Numbered from the stretch's first letter, positions 9,124 through 19,468 are shown. The stretch is 64,000 nucleotides of DNA from an uncultured Verrucomicrobiae bacterium (GCA_963719495.1 CAVRCI010000007.1:162987-226986), one strand, 5' to 3'. Program-made: numbers and translations. The notes: generated from the sequence alone by a model not told the origin.

Positions 9124-9962
9124 ATCGAAAACCGGAAACCGGAGATCCCCTGCGCCACCCAGTCCAGGGAAGCCGCATCCACCAACCCGATCTTCGGATA
9201 CCCACCCACCGTCGGCCCGTCGCGCATCGTCACGATCGGCTGGCCATTCGGCGGCACCTGAATCGACCCGGCCAGCACTGGCTCCGAAATCATCTCGCCC
9301 TTCGGCGGCTCCAACCGCCCTCCATCCAGCCGATAACCCACCCGGTCACTCCGCGACGAGACCGCCCACTCCGTCTCGAGAAACTCCCGCCGCACGTCCT
9401 CGCTGAACTCCCCCCACTGCGGTCCCGGCCAGACCCGGATCTCCGGCGGCGCCCCATAGTCGCGCCGATCCTCCCACCACGCCCAGGCCCCCGCCGTCCG
9501 CCCGTCACCCGCCGCATCACCCCGACTCGAAAAGACGTCACCAGCCTCCGCGACCCGTCCGATCCCACCCCGTGGATACGCGCTCGCACTCCCAAAAAAC
9601 CTCGGCACGTCCAGCCCCCCCGCCACGGCCAAATAGCTCCACAAACCCCGCCGAGCCCGCCGCCACGAAATGGTCTGCCCCGCCCCCACGTCCACCGCGT
9701 GCCACGCCTCGACCTCCGTCCCCGCATCCGCACCCGTCACCGCCACCCGGCAATCCGCCAGCACCCGCACCTCCGCCCCCTGCAGCAAAAACTCCAGCAC
9801 CGCCGCCCCGTCCGGATTTCCCACGAGCCGATTCGCCCACACCGCCGCGTGCCGGTCCATCGCTCCCCCCGGCGGCACCCCGAACCGCTTCCACCCCACG
9901 CGTCCCAGATCCTGCACCGAGCACCCCATCCCGACCCGCACCACTTCGAGGACCTCCCTCAC
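9114..9962 (-). CDS. pxpC: 5-oxoprolinase subunit C
   Basis: VQDLGRVGW..GVPPGGAMD, SDRVGYRL, GSIQVPPNGQPI, DGPTVGGYPKIG. Confidence 0.9.
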   Translation of the reverse strand: MREVLEVVRVGMGCSVQDLGRVGWKRFGVPPGGAMDRHAAVWANRLVGNPDGAAVLEFLLQGAEVRVLADCRVAVTGADAGTEVEAWHAVDVGAGQTISWRRARRGLWSYLAVAGGLDVPRFFGSASAYPRGGIGRVAEAGDVFSSRGDAAGDGRTAGAWAWWEDRRDYGAPPEIRVWPGPQWGEFSEDVRREFLETEWAVSSRSDRVGYRLDGGRLEPPKGEMISEPVLAGSIQVPPNGQPIVTMRDGPTVGGYPKIGLVDAASLDWVAQGISGFRFSMCG

Positions 9963-10570
9963 GCCCCACCCTCCACGACGAATTCCACCCGGTCGCCCGC
10001 CCTCAGCAAAAACGACTCGGCCTCCACGTCGAAGAGCGGCACGTCCGTGTGCCCGATCACATTCCACCCGCCCGGACTCGCCACCGAATAGATCCCCGCG
10101 TGCGTCCCCCCGATCGCCACCGCCCCCGCCGCGATCCGCGCCCGCGGTGCCGCCCGCCGCGGCGTCGCCAACCGCTCATCCAACCCCGTCAGATACGGAA
10201 ACCCCGGCGAAAACCCCAGCATCGCGACCTCGTAGTTTCCCGCGGAGTGAACCCGCACGACCTCCTCGATCGACATCCGCGCCCCCCGGGCCACCACCTC
10301 GAGATCCTCGCCATCGTAACGCACCGGCATCCTGTGAACCCGTCCCGCCACCCCCTCCCCATCCGCCAGCTTCTCGAAAACCGTCATCAACTCCCTGACC
10401 CGATCCGCGACGACCACCCCGGGTTCGAACTCCAGCAACACCTGATCGAAAGCCACCGAAAATTCCAGCAATCCATCGACGCCCACACTTTCCAACCAAG
10501 CCCCAACCTCCCGCATTCCGCCGCCCACCCGCACCAAAGCCGCATCCGGCCCATACGCCACCCAATCCAT
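9959..10570 (-). CDS. pxpB: 5-oxoprolinase subunit B
   Basis: GFSPGFPYL, PRRAAPRARIAAGAVAIGG, YSVASPGGWNVIG. Confidence 0.9.
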   Translation of the reverse strand: MDWVAYGPDAALVRVGGGMREVGAWLESVGVDGLLEFSVAFDQVLLEFEPGVVVADRVRELMTVFEKLADGEGVAGRVHRMPVRYDGEDLEVVARGARMSIEEVVRVHSAGNYEVAMLGFSPGFPYLTGLDERLATPRRAAPRARIAAGAVAIGGTHAGIYSVASPGGWNVIGHTDVPLFDVEAESFLLRAGDRVEFVVEGGA

Positions 10571-10645
10571 ATCCCCACCCAATCACAAACCCATCTCCCC
10601 TTCGAATTCTTTGCGCCCTTTGCGCCCTTCTGTTAAATCCCCCTC

Positions 10646-11122
10646 ATGGCATTAGCAATCGGCACCCAAGCACCCGAATTCTCCCTCAAGTCCGCCACCG
10701 CGGACGGACTCGTCGACGTCACGCTCGCCGCCCAGCTCGGCAAAAAAGCGACCGTCCTCCTCTTCTTCCCCGCCGCCTTCACCGGCGTCTGCACCACCGA
10801 GATGTGCGACGTCACCTCCGGCCTCGCCGCCTACACCGACCTCGAGGCCGAGATCATCGCCATCAGCGTCGACACCCCGTTCGCCCAGCAGGCTTGGGCC
10901 AAACAGGAAAACATCGGCCTCACCCTCGCCAGCGACCTCAACAAGGAAGTCACCAAAGCCTACGACGTCCTGTTCCCCAATCTCATCGGCATCGGCGACA
11001 CCGCCGCCCGCGCCGCTTTTGTCATCAACAAGGACGGCAAGATCGTTCACAGCGAGCAGACAGAAACCCCGAAGGACCTCCCTGATTTCGAGAAAATCAA
11101 AGCCGCCCTCAGCAGCCTCTAA
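10646..11122 (+). CDS. Peroxiredoxin (AhpC/TSA family)
   Basis: FFPAAFTGVCTTEMC (PxxxTxxC), ARAAFVI. Confidence 0.92.
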   Translation: MALAIGTQAPEFSLKSATADGLVDVTLAAQLGKKATVLLFFPAAFTGVCTTEMCDVTSGLAAYTDLEAEIIAISVDTPFAQQAWAKQENIGLTLASDLNKEVTKAYDVLFPNLIGIGDTAARAAFVINKDGKIVHSEQTETPKDLPDFEKIKAALSSL

Positions 11123-11127
11123 TCCAA

Positions 11128-11219
11128 TTGTAGCGGCGGTCTATGACCGCCGCTGACCATTTCACCGGACGTTCGAACCCAGACGAGACGACGTCGGCGG
11201 TCACAGACCGCCGCTACAA
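11128..11219. repeat. Inverted pair of GTAG-type REP-like palindromes
   Basis: TTGTAGCGGCGGTCTATGACCGCCG ... CGGCGGTCACAGACCGCCGCTACAA between convergent genes. Confidence 0.8.
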
Positions 11220-11221
11220 AG

Positions 11222-12244
11222 CTACCCGCTAGCAACCCGCCCCAACGCCGCCACCGGCCCCACACCCAGCGCCCGCACCCGGTCGAAGATCCCGGGCGCC
11301 ACCTCGCTCCCCGTCTCGTAACCCTGGAAAATCATCTCCAGCCGCGCGTCCAAATTATCGACGTAGTGCAGCGCAATCGCCTCCGGCGTCTTGGGAAGCA
11401 CCGGCGACCCGAATTCCAGCGTCCCGTGATGCGAAAGCACCAGATGGATCAAATGCAACCGCACCAACTCCGACGAAGGCTCGAGCGCGTCCCACCCGTC
11501 CTTCGCAAGTTCGCGCCACAAGGAATTCACCACCTCGACTCCCACGCTGATGTGACCCATCAGCTCCCCCCGCAAATCCCGCTCCATCGAGAACCCTTCC
11601 TCCGGCGGACACGTCTCCCACAGCTTGCCGCAATCGTGAAAAAGCACACCCGCGGCCAATAGATCCCGGTTGAGCGCCGGATAAGCGTCACAAATCGCCA
11701 ACGCCGACCGCATCATTTGCGCCGTATGCTGCACCAGCCCCCCGCGCCGCGCGTGGTGATTCACCCGCGCCGCCGCCGCCCGGGCAAACCGCACACCGTA
11801 CGCGTCGAAAAATCGAAGCCCCAACGCTCGCAACCGCGGATCCCCCAGCCCATCCACGACGTCCCGAATGAAGACGTATTCCCGCTCGACCGCCGCCCGC
11901 TCCTCGACCGACCCCGCGAAGAGCGCCTCCCGATCAGCGCCCGACAGCCGCGACAATTCCCAGCGTCGCGAGTCCAAGCCAAACGAGCCGTTCACGTAAA
12001 AATCCCCGTCGACCGCCACGCAATCCCCAGCCTCCAGCGTTTCGCAAATCCGGAAATTCGGAGAATCCGACCAGACGCGCAGGGTCAACACGTCCGTGGC
12101 GTCCCGCAACTTCAGCTCCCAGAACGGCTTCGCGTTGCTTCCCTCCTTGCGCTTGATCTCCTCGAGCTGCGCGTGCAGCACCGCCGGCACCGAATCCCCC
12201 TTCGCCTCGACCCGAAGCTCCCCAATCGTCCGCCGCTCACTCAT
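11222..12244 (-). CDS. yhaM: OB-fold + HD-domain 3'-5' exoribonuclease (YhaM/Cbf1-like)
   Basis: PFWELKLRD OB fold; HHARRGGLVQH; LFHDCGK; SHHGTLEFGSPVLPKTPEA; DNLDA. Confidence 0.85.
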   Translation of the reverse strand: MSERRTIGELRVEAKGDSVPAVLHAQLEEIKRKEGSNAKPFWELKLRDATDVLTLRVWSDSPNFRICETLEAGDCVAVDGDFYVNGSFGLDSRRWELSRLSGADREALFAGSVEERAAVEREYVFIRDVVDGLGDPRLRALGLRFFDAYGVRFARAAAARVNHHARRGGLVQHTAQMMRSALAICDAYPALNRDLLAAGVLFHDCGKLWETCPPEEGFSMERDLRGELMGHISVGVEVVNSLWRELAKDGWDALEPSSELVRLHLIHLVLSHHGTLEFGSPVLPKTPEAIALHYVDNLDARLEMIFQGYETGSEVAPGIFDRVRALGVGPVAALGRVASG

Positions 12245-12471
12245 CCCGGCATCCTGCCGTCCACCGCGACCGAATCAAGACGGAACGGGAAAAGCTCCGC
12301 CGGAACGTGACCACGATCGGAATGCGCAATCCCTCCCGCTAAGACCAAGCTCTCCCGGACCAAAAACCGAACCCCCAACTTGCAACTCCCCCCAGCCCAG
12401 CTATTGGTAAATCCAGCGCCCGCGCCCACGAGCCACCCGGCTTCGCCAAGCACCGCGCCAATCCGTTTTTC

Positions 12472-13935
12472 ATGCGCAGCACCATCGTCCTGATCGCCCT
12501 GGCCCTGGCGGCCACTCTTCCCGTCCAATCCGTCGACGCCGCGGCCCCCGAGCTCATCCGCCGCAGCCTCGTCCGCATCCAATCGGTCGGCCAATCCCCC
12601 GACTACCGCGTCCCGTGGAACGCCGGCGGCGTCTCCCAAGGCGTCGGTGCCGGATTCATCATCGACGGTAACCGCATCATCACGAACGCCCACGTCGTCA
12701 GCGACCCGCGCTTCATTTCCATCACCAAGGACGGCGATCCCCGTCCCTACGAAGCCAAGGTCCTCTTCGTCGCGCACGACTGCGACCTCGCAGTCCTGCA
12801 ACCCGAGGATCCAGCCTTCTTCGACGACACGGCCGAACTCGAGCTCGGCGGCATCCCCGACATCGAATCCACCGTCAGCGTCTACGGCTACCCGATCGGC
12901 GGCGACCGCCCCTCCGTCACCCGCGGCATCGTCTCCCGCATCGACTTTCAGGAATACAGCCACTCCGGAGCCGACTCCCACCTCGTCATTCAAATCGACG
13001 CCGCCATCAATCCCGGCAACAGCGGCGGTCCCGTCATGCAGAACGGCAAAGTCGTCGGCGTCGCCTTCCAGGGCTACAGCGGCGACGTCGCGCAGAATAC
13101 CGGTTACATGATCCCGACTCCCGTCGTGAAACGCTTCCTCGAAGACATCAAGGACGGCACCTACGACCGCTACGTCGATCTCGCCATCACCTACTCGCCG
13201 CTCTTCAACCCAGCCGCCCGCCGCGCCCTTGGGTTGAAGGACGACAACGTCGGGGTCCTCGTCGGCAGCGTCTTCGGCGGCGGTTCCTCCGACGGCATCG
13301 TCCTGCCCGGCGACGTCATCACCTCCATCCAGGACCTCCCGGTCGCCATGGACGGCACGGTCGAACTCGAAGGCGGCACCATGCAAATGCCCGAAATCGT
13401 CGAGCGCAGCCTCCGCGGCGACACCGTCCGCCTCGGCGTGCTCCGCGACGGCGAACCACTCGAACTCGAGATCCCCCTCAACGAGCCATTTCCCTACAAT
13501 CTCTACGCGAGCACTTACGACGTCCGGCCCCGCTACGTCCTCTTCGCCGGACTGCTCTTCCAGCCGGTCAACGAGAATTTCCTCTCCGCCTACAGCCTTG
13601 GCAACCAACTTACCCGCTACACCTACGACTTCTTCCTGGCCGAGGATTTTTACAAGGATCATCCCGAGATCATCATTCTCAGCAACGTTCTCTCCGACCC
13701 CGTCAACGCCTACGCCGAAGAATTCCAAGGTGCCATGGTCATCTCGGTCAACGGCAAGAAGATCAAGACGCTCGAAGATCTCTCCAACGCCTTCGCCAAA
13801 CCCGCCGAAGACTACGTCATCGAATTTGCCGGGACCAACCGCCCCCTCGTCCTCGAAGCCAAAGCCGTGGCCGAAGCCCGCGACCGCATCCTTTCCCGCT
13901 ACGCTGTCCCCAGCGAATCGAATCTCCAGCCGTGA
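12472..13935 (+). CDS. Exported trypsin-like serine protease with PDZ domains (HtrA/Deg2-like)
   Basis: Triad motifs TNAHV, HDCDLA, AAINPGNSGGP; signal peptide. Confidence 0.92.
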   Translation: MRSTIVLIALALAATLPVQSVDAAAPELIRRSLVRIQSVGQSPDYRVPWNAGGVSQGVGAGFIIDGNRIITNAHVVSDPRFISITKDGDPRPYEAKVLFVAHDCDLAVLQPEDPAFFDDTAELELGGIPDIESTVSVYGYPIGGDRPSVTRGIVSRIDFQEYSHSGADSHLVIQIDAAINPGNSGGPVMQNGKVVGVAFQGYSGDVAQNTGYMIPTPVVKRFLEDIKDGTYDRYVDLAITYSPLFNPAARRALGLKDDNVGVLVGSVFGGGSSDGIVLPGDVITSIQDLPVAMDGTVELEGGTMQMPEIVERSLRGDTVRLGVLRDGEPLELEIPLNEPFPYNLYASTYDVRPRYVLFAGLLFQPVNENFLSAYSLGNQLTRYTYDFFLAEDFYKDHPEIIILSNVLSDPVNAYAEEFQGAMVISVNGKKIKTLEDLSNAFAKPAEDYVIEFAGTNRPLVLEAKAVAEARDRILSRYAVPSESNLQP

Positions 13936-15470
13936 TCCGTCTCCTTCCGCTCCTCGCCCTCCTCGCCACCGCCAGCCCCGCGTTCGCCGATCTCTCGACG
14001 CCGCCACCCGCCGCCAAAGAGGGCGAGGCTCCCACCATCCCAGTGACCGCGAGCCCAGCCCAGCCCACCGACCTCTCCGCCGATTCGTTCGTCCGCGTCA
14101 ATTCGACCAACCAGCGCTTCAATTTCACCCGCCCCTGGGTCAAGCGTCCCGCCTACACCCGCCGCGGCACCGGCACGATCATCGCCGGCGGCGACGTCCT
14201 CGTCACCGCCGAGGTCATCGGCGACCACACTTACGTCGAACTCGAGCGCCCCTCCGACTCTGCGAAGACTCCCGCCGAGGTGCGTCTCGTCGACTACGAG
14301 GCCAACCTCGCCCTCCTCCGTCCCACGGACCCCGATTTTCTGAAAAATTCTCAACCGATCGACCTCGCGCCGCCCCTCGAAATCGGCGACGAGATCGAGA
14401 TCGCCCAGATCGAGCGCAACGGCGCCGTCGCCGTCACCGGCGGTCTCCTCACCAGCGTCAACGTTTCGAGTTATCCCGTGGACGGCATTTACCTGCTTTC
14501 CTACGCGGTCAGCGCACCGCTCCAATACCGGGACAACAGCTTCACCGTCCCCGTCTTTCACGAAGACCAGCTCGCCGGCCTCCTGATGCGCTACGACTCC
14601 CGTTCGCAGACCGCGACCCTCCTCCCATCGCCCGTCATCCGCACGTTCCTCGACCGGGCCGCCCGGGACACCTACGAATCCTTCCCCCGCGCCGGCCTGG
14701 CGTTTTCGTCGACGCGCGATCCGCAATTCCGCCGCCACCTCGGCATGGCCGACTCCGACAGCGGAGTCTACGTTTCGGAAGTCCTCCACGGCAGTGCCGC
14801 GGAGAAAGCCGGACTCGAAAAGGGCGACGTCATCCTCGCCGTCGACGACCGCGACCTCGACAACGACGGCAATTACGACGACGAGACCTTCGGCAAAATC
14901 TCCTTCGGCCACCTGGTCTCGAACGCCCCTCCCGACCGAGCCACCCTCCCCCTGACCCTTCTTCGCGACGAAACGAAGACCACGGTGGACCTCCCCCTCG
15001 GCCCGCGCGAACCCGGCTCCATCATCAGCGAAGCCTTCACCTACGACGAGCAACCGCCCTACCTCGTTCTCGGCGGCGTGGTTTTTCAGGAACTCTCCCG
15101 CCCCTACCTCGAGGAATGGGGATCGGATTGGCGCGGCAACGCTCCGCAGAAACTCGTCTACCTCGACGCCTTCCAGCAGGAACTCCCCGCCGACCGCGGC
15201 AAGATCGTCTTCGTCAGTCAGGTCCTCCCCAGCGACGCCACCCTCGGCTACGAAGACCTCGGCTCCATCGTCGTCGATAAAGTCAACGGCCAGCCCATCA
15301 AAAGCCTCGCCGACGTCGCAGCCGCCATCGAAGAGCCGACGGACGGCTTCCAAAAAATCGAATTCACCTCCGACCCCGGAGTCATCTACCTCGACGCCAA
15401 GCAGATCGAAGCCCAATCGAGCCGACTCCAGCAAGCCTACGGCCTCCCCACCCTCCAAGAACTCAAATAG
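13932..15470 (+). CDS. Deg-like PDZ protease paralog, catalytically degenerate
   Basis: Same architecture as the upstream gene, but VTAEV, EANLA and DNSFTVP replace the H/D/S motifs; GTGA overlap with the upstream stop. Confidence 0.8.
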   Translation: MIRLLPLLALLATASPAFADLSTPPPAAKEGEAPTIPVTASPAQPTDLSADSFVRVNSTNQRFNFTRPWVKRPAYTRRGTGTIIAGGDVLVTAEVIGDHTYVELERPSDSAKTPAEVRLVDYEANLALLRPTDPDFLKNSQPIDLAPPLEIGDEIEIAQIERNGAVAVTGGLLTSVNVSSYPVDGIYLLSYAVSAPLQYRDNSFTVPVFHEDQLAGLLMRYDSRSQTATLLPSPVIRTFLDRAARDTYESFPRAGLAFSSTRDPQFRRHLGMADSDSGVYVSEVLHGSAAEKAGLEKGDVILAVDDRDLDNDGNYDDETFGKISFGHLVSNAPPDRATLPLTLLRDETKTTVDLPLGPREPGSIISEAFTYDEQPPYLVLGGVVFQELSRPYLEEWGSDWRGNAPQKLVYLDAFQQELPADRGKIVFVSQVLPSDATLGYEDLGSIVVDKVNGQPIKSLADVAAAIEEPTDGFQKIEFTSDPGVIYLDAKQIEAQSSRLQQAYGLPTLQELK

Positions 15471-15476
15471 CTCGAG

Positions 15477-15613
15477 GGAGCGGCGGCGTCCCGCCGCCGA
15501 AGTCGGGGAGCGCACGCGTCCCCGCGTGCGAGCTGCGGCGTCCCGCCGCAGCGTCCGGCGACCCGCGCCAGCGGGATTCGAAGTCCTCGAGGAGCGGCGA
15601 TCTGCAATCACCG
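15477..15613. repeat. Cluster of GGAG-headed REP-like hairpins
   Basis: GGAGCGGCGGCGTCCCGCCGCCG, GGAGCGCACGCGTCCCCGCGTGC, CTGCGGCGTCCCGCCGCAG, GGAGCGGCGATCTGCAATCACCG. Confidence 0.6.
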
Positions 15614-15725
15614 ACCCATCCAAAACGGCGAAGCCGTCAAACCCCCTCACCCCACAACGACCACCCACCCCCCCCAGCCACCACCATTTGACCACCCCCC
15701 GCATCGTTGCTACCGTCCCGGCCAA

Positions 15726-16856
15726 ATGAAAGGCCAAGGCAAACGCATCCTCGTCGGCATGAGCGGCGGGGTCGACTCCAGCGTCACCGCCCACCTCCTG
15801 AAACAGGACGGTTGGGACGTCATCGGCGTCACCATGAAAGTCTGGCCGCAGGACTGCATCTCCCGCGCCGAGGACAAATGCTGCGGCCCCAGCGCCATCG
15901 CCGACGCCCGCAGCGTTGCGAATTCCCTCGGCATCCCCCACTACGTCGTCGACGAAGCCGACCAGTTCGAGCGCCTCGTCATCGATTACTTCTCGAGCGA
16001 ATACCGCGCCGGCCGCACGCCCAACCCGTGCGTCATGTGCAACGAAAAGCTCAAGTTCGGTAACCTCTGGAAAAAAGCCGCCGCCCTCGGAGCCGAATAC
16101 ATCGCCACCGGCCACTACGCCATCGTCGAGCACGACGGCCCCGACCCCGTCCTCCGTCGCGGACTCGACGACAAGAAAGACCAGTCCTACTTCCTCTTCA
16201 GCCTCCGCAAACAGCAGCTCGCCCGAGCCGTTACCCCGCTCGGCGGAATGACCAAACCCGAGATCCGCGCCATCGCCCGCGACCTCGGCCTCAGAGTCGC
16301 CGACAAGGTCGACAGCCAGGAGATCTGCTTCGTCCCCGGCAACGACTACAAGGCGTTCCTCCGCTCCCATCTCGGCGACACCGAATTCCACCGCGGCGGC
16401 ATCTACGACACCGCCGGCAACCACATCGCCGACCACGAAGGCATCGAAATGTTCACCATCGGCCAACGTAAAGGCCTCCCCGGCGGCTCACCCCGCCCGA
16501 TGTACGTCGTCGACATCGACCCCGAGCACTCCCGCGTCATCATCGGCACCGACGAGGAACTCACCCGCGAAAATTTCGAAATCGACAACGTCAACTGGCT
16601 CATCGACCCGCCCGCCAATCCGACCGAAGTCACCGTCAAGATTCGCTACGCCCACGCCGGCACCGCCGCCACGGTCGAACCGACCGAAGGCGGCGGCAAC
16701 TACCGCGTCCGCCTGCACGAACCTCAGCGCGCCGTCACCCCGGGCCAGGCCGCCGTGCTCTATCAAGGCGACCGCGTCATCGGCGGAGGCTGGATTTGCC
16801 GCCAGGAAGCCACGGTCAAGCTCCATGCCGCTCCCGCCCCAGCCCTCGCCGCCTGA
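15726..16856 (+). CDS. mnmA: tRNA 2-thiouridylase
   Basis: MSGGVDSS, GRTPNPCVMCN, IATGHY, KDQSYFL, DSQEICF, TPGQAAV. Confidence 0.97.
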   Translation: MKGQGKRILVGMSGGVDSSVTAHLLKQDGWDVIGVTMKVWPQDCISRAEDKCCGPSAIADARSVANSLGIPHYVVDEADQFERLVIDYFSSEYRAGRTPNPCVMCNEKLKFGNLWKKAAALGAEYIATGHYAIVEHDGPDPVLRRGLDDKKDQSYFLFSLRKQQLARAVTPLGGMTKPEIRAIARDLGLRVADKVDSQEICFVPGNDYKAFLRSHLGDTEFHRGGIYDTAGNHIADHEGIEMFTIGQRKGLPGGSPRPMYVVDIDPEHSRVIIGTDEELTRENFEIDNVNWLIDPPANPTEVTVKIRYAHAGTAATVEPTEGGGNYRVRLHEPQRAVTPGQAAVLYQGDRVIGGGWICRQEATVKLHAAPAPALAA

Positions 16857-17214
16857 CCCCACCATCTCGCTCGTTCTCTCGACGTTCGAGCGCGAGGAGG
16901 ACGCCACCGAGATCATCCGCGCCCTACTCCGCGAAGGCCTCATCGCCTGCGGCACCCTCCTCCGCAGCGCCCGCTCGATCTACGTCTGGGAGGACGATGT
17001 CCACGACACCCAGGAGATCCTCGTCCTCTGCAAAACCGCCACCGAACTCGCCAAAGCCGCCGCCGCCCGCCTCGCCGAACTCCATCCCTACGACGTTCCG
17101 GAAATCCTCGCTTTCACCACCCAGGCCAACCCACCCTACGCCGACTGGATCAACGCCTCCACGCGCCCCGGCAACCAATCGAAAATCGAAATTCGAGATT
17201 CGAAAATCCCATGA
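16825..17214 (+). CDS. cutA: Divalent cation tolerance protein
   Basis: GLIAC, SIYVWE, HPYDVPEI. Confidence 0.9.
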   Translation: MPLPPQPSPPDPTISLVLSTFEREEDATEIIRALLREGLIACGTLLRSARSIYVWEDDVHDTQEILVLCKTATELAKAAAARLAELHPYDVPEILAFTTQANPPYADWINASTRPGNQSKIEIRDSKIP

Positions 17215-18032
17215 CTTTTCTCGATCAGATCCTCCGCGACGTCGCCGACGAACTCAGCACCAACAAGTCCCGCCGACCAGTCGCCGACATCCGCGCCCGC
17301 CTCGCCGACGCCCCACCACCCCGCGACTTCGCCGCCGCCCTCGCCACCGACGATTTTGGCCTCATCGCCGAAATCAAAGAGCGCTCCCCCAGCGTCGGCC
17401 CGATGCGCGCCGCCAACGTCGCCGACGCGCCGTCCGCCTACGAAGCCAGCCCCACCGTCCGCGCCCTCTCCGTCCTCACCAACGAGCACCACTTCGGCAT
17501 GACCATCGACCGTCTCGCCGCCATCCGCGCCGCCGTCACCAAGCCCGTCCTCCGCAAGGACTTCTTCATCGACGAATACCAGATCCGCGAAGCCCGCGCC
17601 TTTGGAGCCGACGCCATTCTCCTCATGGCCAACGTCCTCGACGCCGCCCGCCTTCGCGGTTTTCACGAGCTCGCCCAAGAACTCGGCCTCACCGCCCTCT
17701 TCGAAGTCCACACCTCCGAAGAAATCGACACCCTCCCGTCCGACGCGAAAGTCATCGGCATCAACAGCCGCAAATTCAAATCAACCACCGGATTCGTCGG
17801 CACCGAGGGCGAATCGAAAGAAGATTTCAGTCTAGCCTTCGACGCTTTCGACCTCGTGACCGAACTCCCGAAAGACGCCATCAAAGTCGCCGAAAGCGGC
17901 CTCACCCCGGAAAACCTCCCCACCATCCGCAACCGTTTCGACGCCGCCCTCATCGGCACGTCGCTTCTGCGCGACGAGCGCGGAATTCAAGCCGCGCTGG
18001 CCGAATTCGAAAGTCAGCTTGAAAGAAATTGA
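17211..18032 (+). CDS. trpC: Indole-3-glycerol phosphate synthase
   Basis: IAEIKERSPS, SVLT, PVLRKDF, GADAILL, IGINSR, VAESG. Confidence 0.93.
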   Translation: MTFLDQILRDVADELSTNKSRRPVADIRARLADAPPPRDFAAALATDDFGLIAEIKERSPSVGPMRAANVADAPSAYEASPTVRALSVLTNEHHFGMTIDRLAAIRAAVTKPVLRKDFFIDEYQIREARAFGADAILLMANVLDAARLRGFHELAQELGLTALFEVHTSEEIDTLPSDAKVIGINSRKFKSTTGFVGTEGESKEDFSLAFDAFDLVTELPKDAIKVAESGLTPENLPTIRNRFDAALIGTSLLRDERGIQAALAEFESQLERN

Positions 18033-18174
18033 AATTAGAAGTGATGAATTTGAAATGGCGCGGCCTTCGGCGAGCCGTTGAATGGGGTAAAGCCCCGTTG
18101 CCCCCCCAAACCCGCCCGAAGGGGTCGACATTTCTCACTCCCCATTTCAAATTTCAAATTCCCACCTTCACGCT

Positions 18175-19206
18175 GTGAAAGCCGACTTCCCGACCACCCC
18201 CGACGCTCTGAGCGGCACCCCCGACACCCCGTTCGACGTCTCGCTCCGCCCGCCCGCATTCGCCGAATTCGCCGGTCAGGAAAAAACCGTCGAGCGCCTG
18301 CAACTCATGGTCGACGCGGCCCAGCAGCGTGACGACGTCCTCCAGCACATCCTCCTCTCCGGCCCCCCCGGCCTCGGCAAAACCTCGCTCGCCTACATCG
18401 TCGGCAACGCCGTCGGCGCGGACGTGAAGACAACCTCCGGCCCGACCATCGACAAAGCCGGCGACCTCGCCGGCCTCCTCACCAACCTCCAGCGCGGCGA
18501 CGTCCTCTTCATCGACGAGATCCACCGCCTCCAACCCACCATCGAAGAATACCTCTACCCGGCCATGGAGGACTTCCGAGTCGACATTCTCATCGACCAG
18601 GGCCCCAGCGCCCGCAGCATCCAGCTCCACCTCGCCAAGTTCACCCTCATCGGAGCCACCACCCGCAGCGGCATGATCAGCGCCCCGCTCCGCTCCCGCT
18701 TCGGCATGAACTGCCGCCTCGACTACTACTCCGCCGAGGCCCTCGCCATCATCATCGCCCGCAGCGCCGGGCTCATCGGCGTCGAAATCGACGACCCCGG
18801 ATCCCTCGAGATCGCCCGCCGATCCCGCGGCACTCCCCGCATCGCCAACAACTACCTCCGCTGGGTCCGCGACTTCGCCCAGGTCCGCGCCGCCGGATTT
18901 ATCGACCAACCCGTCGCCGCCCAGGCCCTCGAAATGCTCGACGTCGACGCCGAAGGCTTCGACGAGATGGACAAGCGCATCATCGAATCCATCATCACCA
19001 AATTCGACGGAGGCCCCGTCGGCCTCAACGCACTGGCCGTCTCCGCCGGAGAAGAACCCGGCACCCTCGAAGAGGTCCACGAGCCCTACCTCATCATGCA
19101 AGGCTTTCTCAAACGCACCCCCCAAGGCCGAGTCGCCCTGGCCAAAGCCTACCGGAAAATCGGCCTCGACGCCCCCACCGCCGCGCCTCCCGAACTATTC
19201 GGATGA
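18175..19206 (+). CDS. ruvB: Holliday junction helicase
   Basis: [42 protein letters not shown]. Confidence 0.97.
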   Translation: MKADFPTTPDALSGTPDTPFDVSLRPPAFAEFAGQEKTVERLQLMVDAAQQRDDVLQHILLSGPPGLGKTSLAYIVGNAVGADVKTTSGPTIDKAGDLAGLLTNLQRGDVLFIDEIHRLQPTIEEYLYPAMEDFRVDILIDQGPSARSIQLHLAKFTLIGATTRSGMISAPLRSRFGMNCRLDYYSAEALAIIIARSAGLIGVEIDDPGSLEIARRSRGTPRIANNYLRWVRDFAQVRAAGFIDQPVAAQALEMLDVDAEGFDEMDKRIIESIITKFDGGPVGLNALAVSAGEEPGTLEEVHEPYLIMQGFLKRTPQGRVALAKAYRKIGLDAPTAAPPELFG

Positions 19207-19294
19207 GTGAGCGCAAGGACCGGAAACAACGCCAAGAAGCTTAACGTTCAGAAAAGCGCGTCTCCGAAACCCCAAGCTCCCCCAAGCCCAAACC

Positions 19295-19322
19295 TGTCAT
19301 GCTGAGCGAAGCGAAGCATCTC
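19295..19322. repeat. Dispersed intergenic repeat (copy 1)
   Basis: TGTCATGCTGAGCGAAGCGAAGCATCTC; related copy TGTCATGTTGATCGAAGCGAAATATCTC at 25892-25919. Confidence 0.6.
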
Positions 19323-19468
19323 TGGCTTACACACTGCACTGAAGCTAGAAACCCCCGTAGAACTCCCCCTACGAAGAGTAACGTCCGCAGCCCCCTCAAC
19401 CCCCTTGGCGGTCGCCCCATCCTTGGCGCGAAAACTCACCCACCCCCCCGCCCCCGCGTATCCGCGCG

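Noticed and set aside
13899..16466. 855-aa minus-strand ORF and similar long antisense ORFs
   Set aside because: Antisense shadows of real genes, expected at high GC; no motifs.
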